A stretch of DNA of 64,000 nucleotides from the human T2T-CHM13v2.0 reference genome, Homo sapiens (GCF_009914755.1 NC_060927.1); one strand, 5' to 3'; positions 40,813-58,281 are shown, counted from the first letter of the stretch. Numbers and translations are program-made. The notes: a model not told the origin generated them from the sequence alone.

Positions 40813-41369
40813 GGAGACTCACATATGAAGTTACCTGTGTAAGTTTATACCTACTAAGTGGTAGCCCCTGAGATTGAACCCACATAGTCTGACTCTGTAG
40901 TGCATGCTCTTAATTGCTGGGATAAACTGCCTTTCCATTTATTTTAGTAAAGTCAGCTTTATAGAAATTGTTATCGATCAAGCATGATAGGAATTCTAAC
41001 CAACTCAATAAGCATAGAAAAAGGAACATAGTAAAAATATTGAAAGGAGACCAAACTCTTGTTTGCAGACACAGATGATTAGTCTTGTTGTGCCATAAAA
41101 CTTAATAGACTAAATAGCAGTTGAGTAAGTTTAGCACATTCATTGCCTTCATTCTCTTCCCTTATTTTCTCTTGTTTCTAAATGAAAATGTACAGACACA
41201 CACGTTATTTTCTATAACAGATTAGTATGTTTCCCATTTAACATTTATTTTTCAGCTGTCATGTATCGCTTTTCCTTTGCTGTCAACACTCCTGAAACAG
41301 TTGCCTGTATTTTCTGCATCTGCCTCCTGAATTGCCCACACATACTTTTAAAAATGTTTAATTATGAAA

Positions 41370-43900
<2,531 letters not shown>

Positions 43901-44433
43901 TTTTCTAACCTGTTAATCTTTTCAAAAAAGCTACAGTGGAGTTTGTGAAATCTCTCTTTGCTGTCATTTCTGTACTTTTTTCCTTTTTTCTCCCTAGCCT
44001 AACTGATACTTCTTTTTTTACTAATTAGAGATTTTGTTTATTAATTTTTATTAATATTTCACAAGTTGATTTGTAATGTTTTCATTGTCATTTTCAATTT
44101 TTTAATAATTATACTTGATCAAGTTCTAGTTTGTATTGTTAGTATGTATGTATATAAGTTAGCTTTTCTCCAGTGTGTATACCTAATTCAGGTGTGTAAC
44201 ATTTTTTTAAAATAAATAAATGAAAAAAATGAGTGAATTTGGTCCAGTTAGAACTCCCAAATGATCTACTATATGACTAGAAAGTCAGCTATTTGCATAT
44301 TGTACTGTAAAATATCATACTAATAAGGTATAAATTCATTATTTATCATATGAGTTTTTTCATCCTCAATGGGATCTTCCCACTCCACAAATAAGATTGG
44401 TGAATAAAAATATTTATCTTTTTTATTTCCTAG

Positions 44434-44523
44434 ATTACTCAGAAGTATCAACTTCATGAAGTCACCGCTTATCTATTGGAAAAGAAAGGAGATATTCATG
44501 GTGCCTTCCTAATAATGTTAGAG
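44434..44523 (+). CDS. VPS8: VPS8 coding exon J (90 nt, phase 0-0): ITQKYQLHEVTAYLLEKKGDIHGAFLIMLE
   Basis: ttttttatttcctag acceptor; gag|gtaaca donor. Confidence 0.95.
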
Positions 44524-44729
44524 GTAACACTTTACTATGTTTCTTTCATCATATTTCTGTCTATTCCTCTATTCATTCATGAATCCATCTTAATTATGTT
44601 TCAAAGCCAGTTGCAGACCGTAATATATTTTACCCCTGAATATTTTTATCATGCATAGCATTAACTAGAGTTTAATATTTCTTTGTGGTACTTTTTTAAA
44701 AGGTAAAATGTACAACAGTAAAAAAAAGT

Positions 44730-45105
44730 CATAAATGTACTATTTGATGAGTTTTTGACAAGTATTTTTATATATATACCACAATCTGTTTGCCCATTCC
44801 TCCTTCAGGGGACACCTGGGCTGCTTTACCTTTTGGTTGTTGTGAACAGTGCTGCTGTGAACATGGGTGTACAAACGCCTTTGAGTTCTTGCTTTTATTT
44901 CTTTGGGATATATACCCAGAAGTAGAATTGTTGGATCAAATAGCAATTCTATTTTTAATTTTTTGAGGAATTGCCCTACTGTTTTTCATAGCAGCTATGC
45001 CACTTTACATCGCTACCAGCAACACTCAGGGGTTCCAGTTTCTCCGCATTCTTGCTAACACTTTCTGTTTTCTTGATAGTAGCCATCCTGATGGGTGAAG
45101 TGACG
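44730..45105 (-). mobile_element. L1MB-like fragment
   Basis: ORF 44740..44946(-) FDPTILLLGIYPKEIK is L1 ORF2 C-terminal; gtgaacagtgctgctgtgaacatgggtgtaca. Confidence 0.8.
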
Positions 45106-45369
45106 TAGCAGTTTTGTTTTGTTGTGTTTTTTAATATTGTCGTGTGGCTAGGAATAGATTAGGGATATCATATTTATATTTTAAAATGTTCCATATTGGC
45201 TTCTCGTTTCTTTCTAGCCATATGATTCTAAAATAAGCCAGGAAGAATCATCCACAGAGGCTTTGTGTAGGCTCTTAATCTCTTTTAATCTGTAAATTAC
45301 TCCTATACCTCTTTCTTTTTCTTGCAATTTATTTGTTGACAATACCATGAACCTAGTATTAAGGAATAA

Positions 45370-45900
45370 ATAAGAGTATTTCTGACATTGATGAGAGGAG
45401 AAACAGGAGATCTCTGTGGGGAATGAGGCCATCATTCATAAAGGTTTAGGAATACAAAGCAAAGAAGTATGGATGACCAAGAGAGTGCCAGCAGCTTCAC
45501 TAGGGCTCCGCTGTGTAATATATAGGCAGGTCAGGCGAGAAACAACGGCTAGGTCCAGATTTGGACAGATTTTGTTGGACACGCTAAAGAATTGTAGCTA
45601 GTCTTCTTGTCACACAGGATCAAATAAAGGTTTTTAAGCAAGAAACGGATTTGATGTTTGTTTCATAAAGACTACGCTGGTGACTGTTGGGGGATGGAAG
45701 GCAGGATACAGAGAAGAGGGAGGTAAAACAAAGCAGACAATACTTGGGAGGCCATTGCAATGGTACAGGTATGAGTCTATGAGAGCTTGAACTGGGTGTG
45801 TCAGTGGCAATGGAGAGAAGAGGGATAGATTTGAGAAGTTATTGATCATTTGCATATGGTATGAGGTAACTGAGAGGAAGTAGTTGATGATTTTAGCTTA
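45370..45900 (-). mobile_element. L2 fragment
   Basis: purine-rich L2-like motifs (gggaggccattgcaatggtacaggt, gtcagtggcaatggagagaag). Confidence 0.55.
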
Positions 45901-45953
45901 TAAGCTTTTTACTCATAACCCAGTATATTACACCCCTTTTACTCACAACCCAG

Positions 45954-46357
45954 TATATTAGTCTCTTCTGTGTTGCTCTAGAGGAATACTTGAGGCTGGG
46001 TAATTTTTAAGGAAAAGAAGTTTATTTGGCTCACAGTTCTGCAGGCTGTGTTAGCATCTAGCATCTGCTTCTGGTGAGGACCTCAGGAAGCCAGGGTAAA
46101 GGAGAGCTGACGTGTCACATGGCATGAGAGGGAGCAAGAGTGGGGTTGGGGGAGGAGTGCCATGCTCTTTTAAACATCCAGCTCTCATGTAAACTGATAG
46201 AGGGAGACGTCACTCATTACCACAGAGGGGCGCACCAAGCCATTCGTGACAGATCCACTCCCATGACCCAGACACCTTTCACTGAGTCCCACCTTCCAAT
46301 ATTGGGAATCACATTTCAACATGAGATTTGGAGGAATCAAATATCCAAACTATATCA
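45954..46357 (-). mobile_element. MSTB-like MaLR solo LTR
   Basis: tatattagtc...ggctcacagttctgcaggctg...atccaaactatatca; 5-bp TSD cccag/cccaa. Confidence 0.88.
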
Positions 46358-46636
46358 CCCAATATGAATTGGATTCCCTTATCCAAAGTGACTGTGGTGG
46401 GATGACAGAAGCAGAGGTGGGCAAAATGAGTGCTACTTGATCTTTGGGTCCCTTTTCATACTGCTAGCTGTACTTTCTATAAACAGAAGAATTTACTTCT
46501 GACTGACACTAAAGGACTGTTCTTAATAACCTTGTAGTTTTGAGGGGTTTACCTTTAAAATATGTTAATTCAAGTATTGGGTGGGTAGAACTATAAAGTG
46601 TTCCTTTTTAACTCCTATGTTCTTTTTATCTCCTAG

Positions 46637-46679
46637 AGACTACAAAGCAAACTTCAAGAGGTAACACATCAAGGTGAAA
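46637..46679 (+). CDS. VPS8: VPS8 coding exon K (43 nt, phase 0-1): RLQSKLQEVTHQGE(N)
   Basis: tctttttatctcctag acceptor; aaa|gtaagt donor; phase matches exon L. Confidence 0.93.
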
Positions 46680-46888
46680 GTAAGTTCTTGAAAATAATTA
46701 CAACATTTTTCATCCTTGGACCCCATGTTTTAAAAGATGTTTAATAAATTGCATTTATTATGTAATAATTACACTTGCATATATGCATAATTACTGTTTA
46801 TTCATTTTAACATGGATCCAAATTTTAGCTAATTTTCAAGAGTTCACAACAGGAAATCATAGAAACCATTGTGGCTTTGTGATGTTAA

Positions 46889-47229
<341 letters not shown>

Positions 47230-47522
47230 TGGTTATCTTTTTGTTTATACTTTTGCTATAACAAAAGTATGGTTTAGTTATGTTTAAATGAGGTATATAA
47301 CTAACATCCTAAAAATTAATGTGCCAAACAACAGCAAATCAGAGCTTCTAATTAGTAGGACATTGAACATAGCCAATGTTTCCAAACCGAATTTATACAG
47401 TTTTAACCCAAAGCAGTAAAAGTTGACAATTTAGTATCTTGAGTGGTTTTGTCCTCAGCAAATACAAAATTTTCATCATATTCCTTGATATTTCAAAAAA
47501 AATTATTTTAATAAATTGTGGT

Positions 47523-47823
<301 letters not shown>

Positions 47824-48690
47824 TTAAATTATGGGTAAAATATACCCTAACATAAAATTTACCATTTTAACTATTTTTGAGTATACAGTTCAGTAGCATT
47901 AAGTATATTCACGTAATTATATAATCATTACCCCCATCCACCTCCAAATTTTTTAATCTCCCAAACTGAAAATCTGTACCTATAAAGCAACAGCTCCCCT
48001 ATTCCCCTCTCCTCCCAGCCCCTGGCAAATACCGTCTTACTTTCTTTTTTCACCATTCTTTTTCTGAATTTGATTACTCAAGTATCTCATATGAATGAAA
48101 TTATATAGTGTTTGTCGTTTTGTGACTTGCTTATTTAACTTACCATAAGGTTCATAAATGTTGTAGCATGTGTCAGAATTTTCTTCCTTTTTAAGGCTGA
48201 ATAAATGCCATTGTATGTATAGACCACATTTCATTTATTCATTCATCCTTCAATGGACACTTGGGCCACTTCCACTTTTTGTCTATTATGACTAATGCCT
48301 CTATGAGCATGAATGTACAGTGTCTCTTCAAGAGCTGGCTCTCAATTCTTTTGGGTATATAACCACAAGTGGGATTGCTGGATCAAGCATTAATTCTGTT
48401 AATTTTCTGAGGAATGGCCATACTGTTTTCCCTAGTTGCTGCTTCATTTTACATTCCCACCAGCAGTACACAAGGGTTCCAATTTCTCCACATCCTTTCC
48501 GACATTTATATTCTCTTTTTTTTAATAGTAGCTATCCATATGTGTGTGAGGTAGTATCTAATTATGGATTTGATTTGCATTTCTCTAATGATTAGTGATG
48601 ATTTTCCTGAGTATTTTGGCTATTTATCTACCTTATTTGGAGAAATGTCTATTCAAGTCCTTTACCCATTTTTTAATTGGGTTGTTTGTT
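47824..48690 (-). mobile_element. L1MB-like 3' region
   Basis: aacataaaatttaccattttaac...ggagaaatgtctattcaagtcctttacccatttttt. Confidence 0.82.
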
Positions 48691-49060
48691 TTCATATTCC
48701 TTGACATTTTTAAAACAGCCCTCCTGAAGATCAGGGAATCACTTGGTGGGTGATTTTTAGATTATCCTCTTTAACACACGTTTCTTAGAGACTCCTTGGT
48801 CCACGCATTTCACTAACATACCATTTCCCTAATTCTCTGTAGATTACTTACCTATATTTTTGTATTAAGGTCCTAGATGATAGGGTCTATGTTGTTTTAT
48901 GATCATCAGGTATTACAGTAAATCTTTTTGGAACATCAGTGAACATTTGATTGACTTTGTTATATTGATAGTTCAACTGGACACTTAATTACCATTTTTG
49001 TACTATCAGTATGTGTTTAGTCAATTTGGTTATGTTTGTTACATTTTGTGGCAATTTTAA

Positions 49061-49381
<321 letters not shown>

Positions 49382-49393
49382 CCACCCCCCCCC

Positions 49394-49718
<325 letters not shown>

Positions 49719-49865
49719 TGAAAGACAGAAAAAAATTAAGAAGAGCATTCCCCCAAAATCACTACAATCATTTGCAGGTGGTATGTTTGCAAAGGCCAGT
49801 GTTTTGAATTCCAGTGAAAATAAATTTTCCAGAAATAGTCTCATGCCTGCCATCTACTTTCTTAC

Positions 49866-50175
49866 TTTTTTTTTTTTTTTTTTTTTTTTTTGAGACGGAG
49901 TCTCACTCCGTTGCCCAGGCTGGAGTGCAGTGGCGCTGTCTCAGCTCACTGCAACCTCTGCCTCCCAGGTTCAAGTAATTCTTCCTGCCTCAGCCTCCCG
50001 AGTGGCTGGTGTTACAGGCACCAGCCACCACACCCAGCTAATTTTTGTATTTTTAGTAGAGTTGGGGTTCCACCATCTTGGCCAGGCTGGTCTCAAACTC
50101 CTGACCTCAGGGTGATCCACCCACTTCGGCCTCCCAAAGTGCTGGGATTACAGGCATGAGCCACCACGACCGGCC
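49866..50175 (-). mobile_element. Alu (AluSx-like)
   Basis: antisense dimer; TSD ccatctactttc(t/c)ta. Confidence 0.95.
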
Positions 50176-50199
50176 CCATCTACTTTCCTATTCAATTTT

Positions 50200-51300
50200 G
50201 ATAGTGTGCTTAAGTATTTGGGAGGATTTGCTAATTGTGCTTTGTTCCTATGGGCTATACACAGACTACTAAAACACAGATTCCCCTACCCACTGCACAA
50301 AGAACGTTAGTCTCCTGAAGGAGACAGATAAGTAAATAAAACCTTGTAGTACCAGTAGAATGGTGTGTCATAAAAGGTACACTGAGAGTGACTAAGGTGT
50401 GTGGAAAATTACAGAACTATTTGTAACCCATAAACCAGTGAGTTTTGTGGAAAACCTTTGAAGAAAGACTTGAAGGATAAATAGGAGTTTGATAGAAGCA
50501 GGAGAAGAACCTTTTAGGCTGAGGAAAACATGAACATGGAAGTGCCTGACTAGTAATCAGCGAGTAAAAAAGAATAGGGCAACACCAGAGCTTGGAGGGT
50601 GAGATGAGCCCAAGTCTTTGCTCTGTTTACTTAGTGTCAGATCCTTACTTACATTCTATTTTTCAGAATTAGGAGTCCTTGGTGGTTTTTATGGAAGGGA
50701 CTGATCTGTTTGAACTTGTGCTTAAGAGAACCCTAGTGACAGTATATAAGAGGATGAGGGAGGCAAGATTGGGATGCCAAAAGTTCAACTAAGAGACTAT
50801 TGCAGTAGCATAGACGAGGTGATGAAAAGCTCCACCAGGGTAAAAGTTGTGGTCATATGCAAGCACAGAAGTAGAATCAACAAATATTCGCAAGTTATCT
50901 GAATGTGTGGGGTGAAGGAGAGGGAAGCACCAAAGATGAAGATTTATAAACTGGTTGACTTAAAGATTATGATTCCATTAACTTGGTTTGTAAATGGAGG
51001 AGGAGGAGCAGATTTGAAATGAGAAAAATAAGTTGGGTTTTGCACATATAAAGTTGAAAGTGCTTGCAGGACATCCATGTGGAAATAAATGTCTTAGGTT
51101 CATTAGAAAATTCAACCTGTAGATTTTGAATGGAATAAAGATTGGAGATGTGTGTTTGAAAGTTATGAACAAAGATATGAGAGTTGAAACAAGAATGGCT
51201 GAAATCATTGAGAAAATGAAGAGAGACCTAAAATAGCATCTTGGGGGAAATATCTACATTTAAGAAATAGGCAGAAGAAGAGATAGTATACCAAGAAAGG
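50200..51300 (-). mobile_element. L2 fragment
   Basis: gacttgaaggataaataggagtt, gagactattgcagtag, aagttgaaagtgcttgcaggacatccatgtggaaa L2-like motifs. Confidence 0.6.
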
Positions 51301-51612
51301 TGAATGATAATCTCTCTAGTAACTAATCCTTAGACAGATGATTGGGGATTTTCCATATTTCCATAGCATATTGAAATGCTAAGTGTGATGTGCTTTATCT
51401 GTCCTACGAATGTAAAACATTTCTGTGGGAAACTCTTATTTCACAGAATAATCTGTTTTTTAATCTATAAAACATTAGCATCAGGTTTTATTAATTATTA
51501 TATACTAGAAAATGAAGGTGATGCAAAGAAAAAGAAGTTTAACTTTTCACAGAGGCTCTGAGATTATCAGCAACATATCCTTAAATGATGTTTACACTTT
51601 TTCTAAATCTAG

Positions 51613-51716
51613 ATACCAAAGAGGATCCCTCATTGAAGGATGTTGAAGATACTATGGTGGAGACCATTGCTCTTTGCCAGAGAAATTCACATAATTTGAA
51701 CCAGCAGCAACGTGAG
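51613..51716 (+). CDS. VPS8: VPS8 coding exon L (104 nt, phase 1-0): (N)TKEDPSLKDVEDTMVETIALCQRNSHNLNQQQRE
   Basis: ctttttctaaatctag acceptor; gag|gtagga donor. Confidence 0.95.
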
Positions 51717-51756
51717 GTAGGAGAATGACTGTTTAGGTATTTAAAAGCCTGTACTT

Positions 51757-52050
<294 letters not shown>

Positions 52051-52442
52051 AAAAGCCTGTACTTGTCTGAAACTAGGAATCAGTTCTGTTTCCACTGCCC
52101 TCTCAGCCACCCGGGTTTAATTCAAGTGGATTTTAATCACTTCTTAGTGTTCCCAGGAGTAGGAGACTCCCGAAGTTACTATAAAGAGTGTGTGGCTTCT
52201 TTGTTCTCACCAAAGGCTTTATATTCATGGTTTGGCTGTGCTGCAAAACTTAAGGTGCATGAATGCTAGATGTGCCTGTTCTCTTTGGACTGAGATTTTG
52301 TGTATGCCATGTAGTTGCACCAGAGATAGGTCATCATTTATCATCGTCTCTATTCCCTGTGGTGAAAGTAGGCATGAAGAACTGGAGGAAAGCCCTCAAG
52401 GGCTACAGAGAAAGCTGAAGAAAGGTTAAAGAAGCCTATGGT

Positions 52443-52622
52443 GTACTAATTCTCAACCTTGGTTGCACACTAGAGTCACCTGGGGAGCTTTGAACAATTC
52501 CAGTACTCAGGCTGCACCCCAGATCAATTAAATTAAAGTCTCTGGGGATGAAACCCAGCCACCACCATGTTTTAAAGCTCCCTTCATGATTCCAATGTGC
52601 AGCCAAGGTTGGAACCACTGCT
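52443..52622. mobile_element. MER5-family MITE
   Basis: ttctcaaccttggttgcacac...gtcacctggggagcttt...tgtgcagccaaggttggaaccactg with inverted termini. Confidence 0.8.
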
Positions 52623-53384
52623 ATCACAGATCCCAGATGGCACAAAAGAAGAAAACAAAACTGAAGGAGGTATCGTTGAGCAGCAGGTGCAAGGTGGGAG
52701 TTACAGCAGTGAAGCAGAAACTAAGGGGGCGAGATGTGATTTGATAGTTAAATTCTGCAATAGTTTTAAGAAGTAAAGTTGTATCATGATATGGCTTAAC
52801 TCTTCGCCTGCCCTTCCAGGGCTCAGGCCTCTGACTTGACACTGGCCTCTTTCTAATGCCTGGGTTTTTGAAATGGGGAACAGGTTAATTATATATCTAT
52901 ATTTAGCCATACATGTTACAATGAAAACAATAAATCATGGCATATTTTCTGTTCTTCTGAGATGAGTAAATTTCTCCTTTAAGTTTTTGTCCAGAATTTT
53001 TCAAGGTCATAAATTATGAAACGTCTTTAGAATGTAAATTGTGTATAACAAGCCTAGTTACATAAATGTGATTGCTTTTCTTTATTAAAAGAAACTGTCT
53101 GTGAAATGATACATACTCATCATTTTTAAAAATCATGAAATATAGAAAGTTATGCAGAAGAATGGGTTTTTTTAAATTAAAATATATTCATCCTGTCACT
53201 CAGAAATAACCATCATTATCATTTGGTGAACATAACTTTAGATATTTTTTGTCTGCCTAGGTTGATATAATTTTAGTAAAATTGCATTAAATAATGCTTG
53301 CTTTTAAAAATATAGTACTCAAAAAATGTATGTATATTACTCAGCTTCCCATAGGAAACTTAAGTAAAACTAAAGAATGTTCTT

Positions 53385-55876
53385 AATTGATGCATAATAA
53401 TTATACATATTCCTGGGGTTAATGTGATATTTTGATACATGCATACAATGTGTAATGATCAAATCGGTTACTTAGGATATCTGTCACCTCAAACATTTAT
53501 CATTTCTTTGTGTTGGGAATATTTTGAGTCTTCTAGCGGTTTTGAAATATGCAATAAATTATTGTTTACTATAATCACCCTACTGTTTTGTTGAACATTA
53601 GAACTTATTAAAATTCTATCTAATTGTATGCTTGTACCCATTGACAAATCTCTCCTCATACCCCCACCCATCCTTACCAGTTTCTGGTAACCATTCTACT
53701 CTATTCCTCCATGAGGTCAACTTTTTTAGCTCCCCACATGTAATTCAGAACATGCGATATTTGTCTTTCTGTGCATGGCTTATTTCACATAACATTATGA
53801 CCTCCCCTTCCATCCTTGTTGCTGCAAGTGTCAGGATTTCATCCTTTTTTATGGCCAAATACCATTCTATTGTATATATTTACTACATTTTCTTTATCCA
53901 TGCATCTGTTGATTGACACTTAGGTTGATTCCATATTTTGGCTATTGTGAATAAGTGCCACAGTAAACAGGGGTGCAAGTGTCCCTTTGATATACTGATT
54001 ACAATATATTTCCTTTAGATAAATACCCAGTAGTAGGATTGCTGAATTATATTGTAGTTCTGTTTTTAGTTTCTTCAGGAACCCCCATACTGTTTTCCAA
54101 AATGGCTGTACTAATTTACATGCTCACCAACCATGTACAAGGCTTTCCTTTTCTCCACATCCTCAGCAAGACTCATCTCTGATCTTTTCTATCATAGCTG
54201 TTCTAAGAAGTGTGATGTAATAGCTCATGATGACTTTGATTTACACTTTCTTGATGGTTACCGACGTTGGAAGATTTTTTTCATGAGCCTGTTGGCCATT
54301 TGTATGGCTGACATCTTCTTTTGAGAAATGTCTATTCATATGCTTTGCCCACTTTTTAATTGGATTATTTAGTTCTTTTTTGCTATTGAGTTGAGTTCAT
54401 TATATATTCTAAATATTAGTCCCTTGTCAGATGACTAGTTTGCAAATATTATCTCTCATTGTACATGTTGTCTCTTCACTCTTTGGATCATTTCCTTGCT
54501 GTGCAGAAGCTTTATAGTTTAACATAATGCTACTTGTCTATTTTTTTGTTTTCGTTACCTGTGATTTTGAAGTGTTAGCTGTAAAATTTTTGTCTAGACC
54601 AATGTCCTGAAGTATTTCCCGTATATTTTCTTCCAGTAGTTGTATGCATGTGGGCTTTACATTTAAGTCTTTAATCTATGCTGAGTTAGTTTTGTATATT
54701 GTGAGATATAAGAGTCTAGTTTCATTCTTTGCCATATGGATATCCAGTTTACCCAACACCATTTACTGAAGAGGGTGTCTTTTCCCTAATGTATATTATT
54801 GACTCCTTTGTGAAAAATCAGTCAGCTACAAATATGTGGATTTATTTCTGGGTTCTCTGTTCTATTTCATTGGTCTATGTGTCTGTTTTCATACCAGTAC
54901 TGTGCTGTTTTGGTTATTACAGCTTTGTAATATATTTTGACATCAGGTAGTATGATGCCTATAGATGTATCCTTTTTGTTCAGGATTGCTTTTGCCATTC
55001 GGGATTTTTTGTAGTTCCATATGAATTTTAAGATTGTGTTTTCTATTTCTGTGAAAAATGTTACTGGTATTTTGATAGGGATTGCATTGAATCTACACAT
55101 TGCTTTGGGTAGTATTGTCATTTTAATATTCTTCTGATCCATGAGCATGGGATGTCTTTTTATTTGTGTATATTCAGTTTCTTTCATCAGAGTTTTGTAG
55201 TTTTCCATATAAAGGTCTTTCACCTCCTTGGTTAAATGTATTCCTAGGTATTTTGTTTTATTGTTTGTAGCTCTTGTAAATGAGATTGCTTTCTTGACTT
55301 CTTTTTCAGATAGTTTGTTATTGGTATGTAGAAATGCTACTGATTGTTGAATGTTGATTTTTGAATCCAGCAACTTCACTGAATTCGTTTATCAGTTCTA
55401 ACAGTTTCTTGGTGGAGTCTTTAGGTTTTCATATCTATGAGATAATGTCATTTTCAAATAAGGACAGTTTGATTTCCTTTTTTCCAATTTGGATGCCTTT
55501 TATTTCTTCCTCTTGCCTTATTGCTCTAGCTAGGATTTCCAGTACTATGTTGAATAACAGTGGTAAAAGTGGGCATCATTGTCTTCTTCAAGTTCATAGA
55601 AAAAAGGCTTTCAGCTTTTTCCCTTTTGGTATGATGTTAGCTGTGGGTTTTGTTATATATGGCCTTTATTATGTTAAGGTGTGTTCTTTCTCTGCCTAAT
55701 TTATTGAGATTTGTATCATGAAGAGATGTTGAATTTTGTCAAATGCTTTTTCTGAATTGATTGAGATGATCATGTGGTTTTTGTTCTTCATTCTGTTGAT
55801 GTGATGTATCACATTTATTTATTGACATGTTGAATCCTTGCATTTCTAGGATAAGTCACACTTAATCATGGCGTAT
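53385..55876 (-). mobile_element. L1MA-like element, 3' UTR plus 3' part of ORF2
   Basis: gatacatgcatacaatgtgtaatgatcaaatc 3' end; ORF 54867..55379(-) is degenerate ORF2 ([15 protein letters not shown]...FNAIPIKIP). Confidence 0.88.
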
Positions 55877-55878
55877 TA

Positions 55879-55945
55879 CAGTCAACCCTTGAACAACACA
55901 AGGCATGGGGTGCCAACCCCCTTGCAGTTGAAAATTTGCATATAC
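55879..55945. mobile_element. MER8/Tigger2-family terminal fragment
   Basis: TA + cagtcaacccttgaacaacac...gcagttgaaaatttgcatata. Confidence 0.65.
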
Positions 55946-58281
55946 CTTTGTCCTCCTTCCTCATTCCCCCTCTTGTATTCATCCATATCTATTGTTCCCA
56001 TCATTACGTCCATGTATACCCAATGTTTAGCTCCCATTGTAATTATGTGTATATGTTTATAATTATTATACATTTCCATTTTTATGATATGTATGATGCC
56101 ATGCCAATAATGAAATTCCCATGGACTCATACTTGCTTCCTACTCTCCTCTTCACATACCTACTAATTTTAATTAATCACAGTGTTTTACCTAATGAAGG
56201 TTTATAACACATTCTTTTCTGTGTCTATAATTTCCATAGTTGTTTAACTTTTATTTAGGTAGATCATACCAGTCTTTTTGTTACAATTTTTTTATTCCTA
56301 GATTTTTATTTTTATTCATCTTTTGATTGGCAGCCTGTATTTGGACTTTTTTTTTTGTTTTTTCATTTAACTTGCTCTTTCTTCCCCCCAACTTTTATTT
56401 TAGAATCAGACAGTACATGACTTTTTGTTGTGTCTCTGCCAGGTTTTGGTATCAGAATAATGCTGGCCTTTGTTACCTAGATATATTGCATGGTGGTGAG
56501 GTTTGGAGTATGAATGAATAATCTGTCTCCCAGGTGGTAAGCATAGTACCCGATAGGTAGTTTTTATTCAACTCTTATCCCCCTCCTTCCTTCTTATATT
56601 CCCCAGTGTCTATTGTTCTCATTTTTATGACCATATGCCCAATGATTAGCTCTCACTTATAAATGAGAACACGTGGTATTTGGTTTTCAGTTTCTGCGTT
56701 AGTTTGCTTAGGATAATGGCCTCCAGCTCCATTTATGTTGCTGCAAAGGACATGATTTCATTCTTTTTATGGCTGCATAGTATTCCATGGTGTATATGTA
56801 ACACATTTTCTTTATCCAGTCCACTGTTGATGGGCACTTTCTTGAGTCCATGTCTTTGCTATTGTGATAGTGCTGCAGTCAACATATGGTACATGTATCT
56901 TTTTGATAGAATGATTTCTTTTCCTTTGGGTATATTCCAAATGGTGGGATTGCTGGGTCAAATGGTAGTTCAACTCTCGGTTCTTTTGAGAAATCTCCAA
57001 ACTGCTTTCCACAGTAGTTGAACTAATTTACATTCCTACCAATAGTATATGTAAGTGTTCCCTTTCCTCCGCAGCGTTGTGAATGTCCGCTATTTTTTGA
57101 CTTTTTAACAAAAGCCATTGTCACTGGTGTGAGATGGTATCTTATTGATTTGCATTTCTCTGATGATTAGTGATGCGTAGCATTTTTTTTCATATGTTTA
57201 TTGGCCACTTGCGTGTCTTCTTTTAAGAAGTGTCTGTTAATGTCCTTTACCCACTTTGTAATGGAGTTATTTGTTTTTTGCTTGTTGATGTAAGTTCCTT
57301 ATAGATTCTAGATATTAGACATTTGTCAGATGCATAGTTTGTGAATATTTTCTCTCATTCTCTAGGTTGTGTGTTTACTCCATTGATAGTTTCTCTTGCT
57401 GTGCAGAAGCTCTTTAGTTTAATTAGGTCTCATTTTTCAGTTGTTTTTGTTGCAGTTTCTTTTGAGGACTTAGCCATAAATTCTTTACCAGGGCTGATAT
57501 TAAGAATAATATTTCCTAGGTATTCTTCTAAGAGTTTTATACTCTGAGGTCTTACATTTAAGTCTAATCCATCTTAAGTTGATCTTTGTATATGGTGATA
57601 CATAGTTCCCTAGTTTCATTCTTCTGCATATGGATACCCAGCTATCCTAGCACCCTTTCTTGAATAGGGAGTCTTTTTCTCATTGCTTATCTTTTTTTTT
57701 TTTTTTGTCAACTTTTTCAAAGCTCAGATGGTTGTGGGTGTGGGTCAGCTTTTGGATATGTTGCTGGATTTGGTTTGCTAGTATTTTGTTGAGGACCTTT
57801 GCATGTATGTTCATCAGGAATATTAGCCTGATGTTTTCTTTTTTCTTTTTTTTTTTTTTTTTATTGTGTCTCTGCCAGGTTTTGGTATCACAGTGATGCT
57901 GGCCTCATAGAATAAGTCAGGGAGGAGTCTCTCCTCCGTAATTTTTTTGGAAGAGTTTCAGTAGAATTGGTGCCAGGTTTTTTTTATATGCCTGGTAGAA
58001 TTTGGCTGTGAATCCATCTGGTCCTGGCCTTTTTCTCATTGGTAGGCTTTTTATTACTGCTTCAATTTCAGAACTTGTTATATTGATCTGTTCAGGGTTT
58101 CAGTTTCTTTCTGGTTCCATCTTGGAAGGTTGTATGTTTCCAGGAATTTATTCATTTCTTCTAGGTTTTCTAGTTTGTGTGCATAGAGGTGTTTATAATA
58201 GTCTCTGAGGGCTATTTTTTATATTTCTGGGGGTCAGTGTTAATGTCCCCTTGTCATTTCTGACTGCGTTTATTTGGATCT

